Of a stretch of 64,000 bases of DNA, positions 63,057 to 64,000 are shown piece by piece. Both the position numbers and the translations under genes were made by a program. The stretch comes from Macrostomum lignano (Eukaryota), in the NCBI GenBank assembly GCA_002269645.1, contig NIVC01000251.1, forward strand, positions 1 through 64,000, written 5' to 3'. The notes below the pieces were generated by a model. It was not told the origin of the DNA and searched no databases. It saw nothing but the letters and a program-made list of their open reading frames with translations. Each line of letters begins with the position of its first letter. The first letter of the stretch is position 1.

Positions 63057-64000
63057 ATGTCTCAGCTAACGCCAATTAGAGATCAATCCGCCACTGTTCC
63101 ACCTGGAATGGTTGGCGGCGGCGGCGGCGGCGGCGGGTCATCTTTAGCATCGTCTAGCGGCGGCGCTGGTCAAACCAATCCTACAGAATCATTCGATTCT
63201 GTTCAACGCTACCTGCGTTTAATGATGAAGCTGAAAGAGGTCACGGGCAAATACTTGGATCATTCGTTGGCTCAGTCGCTTCATCAGGCTGTCGAATTTG
63301 ATTTAGGCGACGCTGATTATTACGAACGAACTCCGCCCATACCGCAGGAGCTGCCTCAGTTACTCGATCAGATGGAAGTGCTATTAAAACACTTGATTAG
63401 TTGGGCAGATTTGCACCTGTGCCAACAGACCGCAGCTATGAGTATTGGTGCTAGTATGAGGCAGCAGCAGCAGCCTGGTCAGCAAGACCACCTATCTCTA
63501 GACGCTGAGTCCGTTCGTCAACGATCTCAAAACGACATCGAGCGTTGTCAAGCGTCTGTAGAGCCTCTAGCCGATTTAGTTAAGCGCCTGTCTCACAGTG
63601 CCGCTTCTGGAGCTGCCGCGGTTGCCGCTAAAACAGCCGCTGCCGCAGAGGCTGCTCGCGCCGCGGCTGCAGCGGCTGTTGAGGCGAAAGCGAAAGCCGA
63701 AGCCGAGGCTTCAGCCAGGGCGGCGATTGAAGAAGAGCGAGCTCAAGCGGCCCAGGCTGAAGCGGCCAAAATTGAAGCTGAAGCGGCCGCCGCATCAGCC
63801 ACCGCTGCCACTTTGCAAGCTGCAGAAGCAGAAATTTTAGCCAAGACTGAAGCTCAGTCTGCTGATTCTGCAGTTAGGCAAGAGGAAGTCCAACAAGATT
63901 TGAAGCAGGCCCCATCGTCTGTTCCAGCTTCTTCTGCATCAACTAGTCATTCTAGCACGCCTCAGCCTCAGCAGCCAGAACAGGAGCAGCAGAAAATAGT
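63057..64000 (+). CDS. MED29: Mediator subunit 29 (intersex)-like protein with an Ala/Glu-rich extension, 3'-partial
   Basis: Not in the ORF track because it runs off the end. Open from the ATG at 63057: MSQLTPIRD...ESFDSVQRYLRLMMKLKEVTG...LLDQMEVLLKHL. This resembles, from memory, human MED29 FDPVQRYKMLIPQLKESL...LCDQLELCLRL. Confidence 0.7.
   Translation, partial: MSQLTPIRDQSATVPPGMVGGGGGGGGSSLASSSGGAGQTNPTESFDSVQRYLRLMMKLKEVTGKYLDHSLAQSLHQAVEFDLGDADYYERTPPIPQELPQLLDQMEVLLKHLISWADLHLCQQTAAMSIGASMRQQQQPGQQDHLSLDAESVRQRSQNDIERCQASVEPLADLVKRLSHSAASGAAAVAAKTAAAAEAARAAAAAAVEAKAKAEAEASARAAIEEERAQAAQAEAAKIEAEAAAASATAATLQAAEAEILAKTEAQSADSAVRQEEVQQDLKQAPSSVPASSASTSHSSTPQPQQPEQEQQKI

Overview
Eukaryotic (animal) genomic DNA with GT-AG introns. 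The repeat style, CTA/GCT-rich codons and poly-Ala/Gln proteins suggest a free-living flatworm such as Macrostomum, but this is an unverified inference. The window has two compartments. Positions 1-33,000 are an accessory, transposon-rich region. It holds a frameshifted M1 aminopeptidase N gene, a three-exon gene that fuses about 16 ankyrin repeats to a cGAS-like/Mab-21 nucleotidyltransferase (split into three ORFs in the ORF track), an ankyrin-bearing TRP channel with a TRPM-like pore region, and a PH/PTB-like orphan gene. Its mobile elements are a CORE-type tRNA SINE, a 5'-truncated Gypsy element bracketed by a 340-bp duplication, two Crypton-type tyrosine-recombinase relics, a 3.36-kb long-TIR element with a 6-bp TSD, and several foldback/minisatellite elements. 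Positions 33,115-61,250 hold a complete 16-exon BIRC6/BRUCE gene (about 5,056 aa by my splice model) in which every intron carries its own tandem repeat. A probable MED29 gene starts at about 63,057 and runs off the end. The strongest candidate for an uncharacterised system is the ankyrin-cGLR fusion, possibly together with the neighbouring ankyrin-TRP channel; that link is speculative. No CRISPR array, rRNA or intact tRNA gene was seen.
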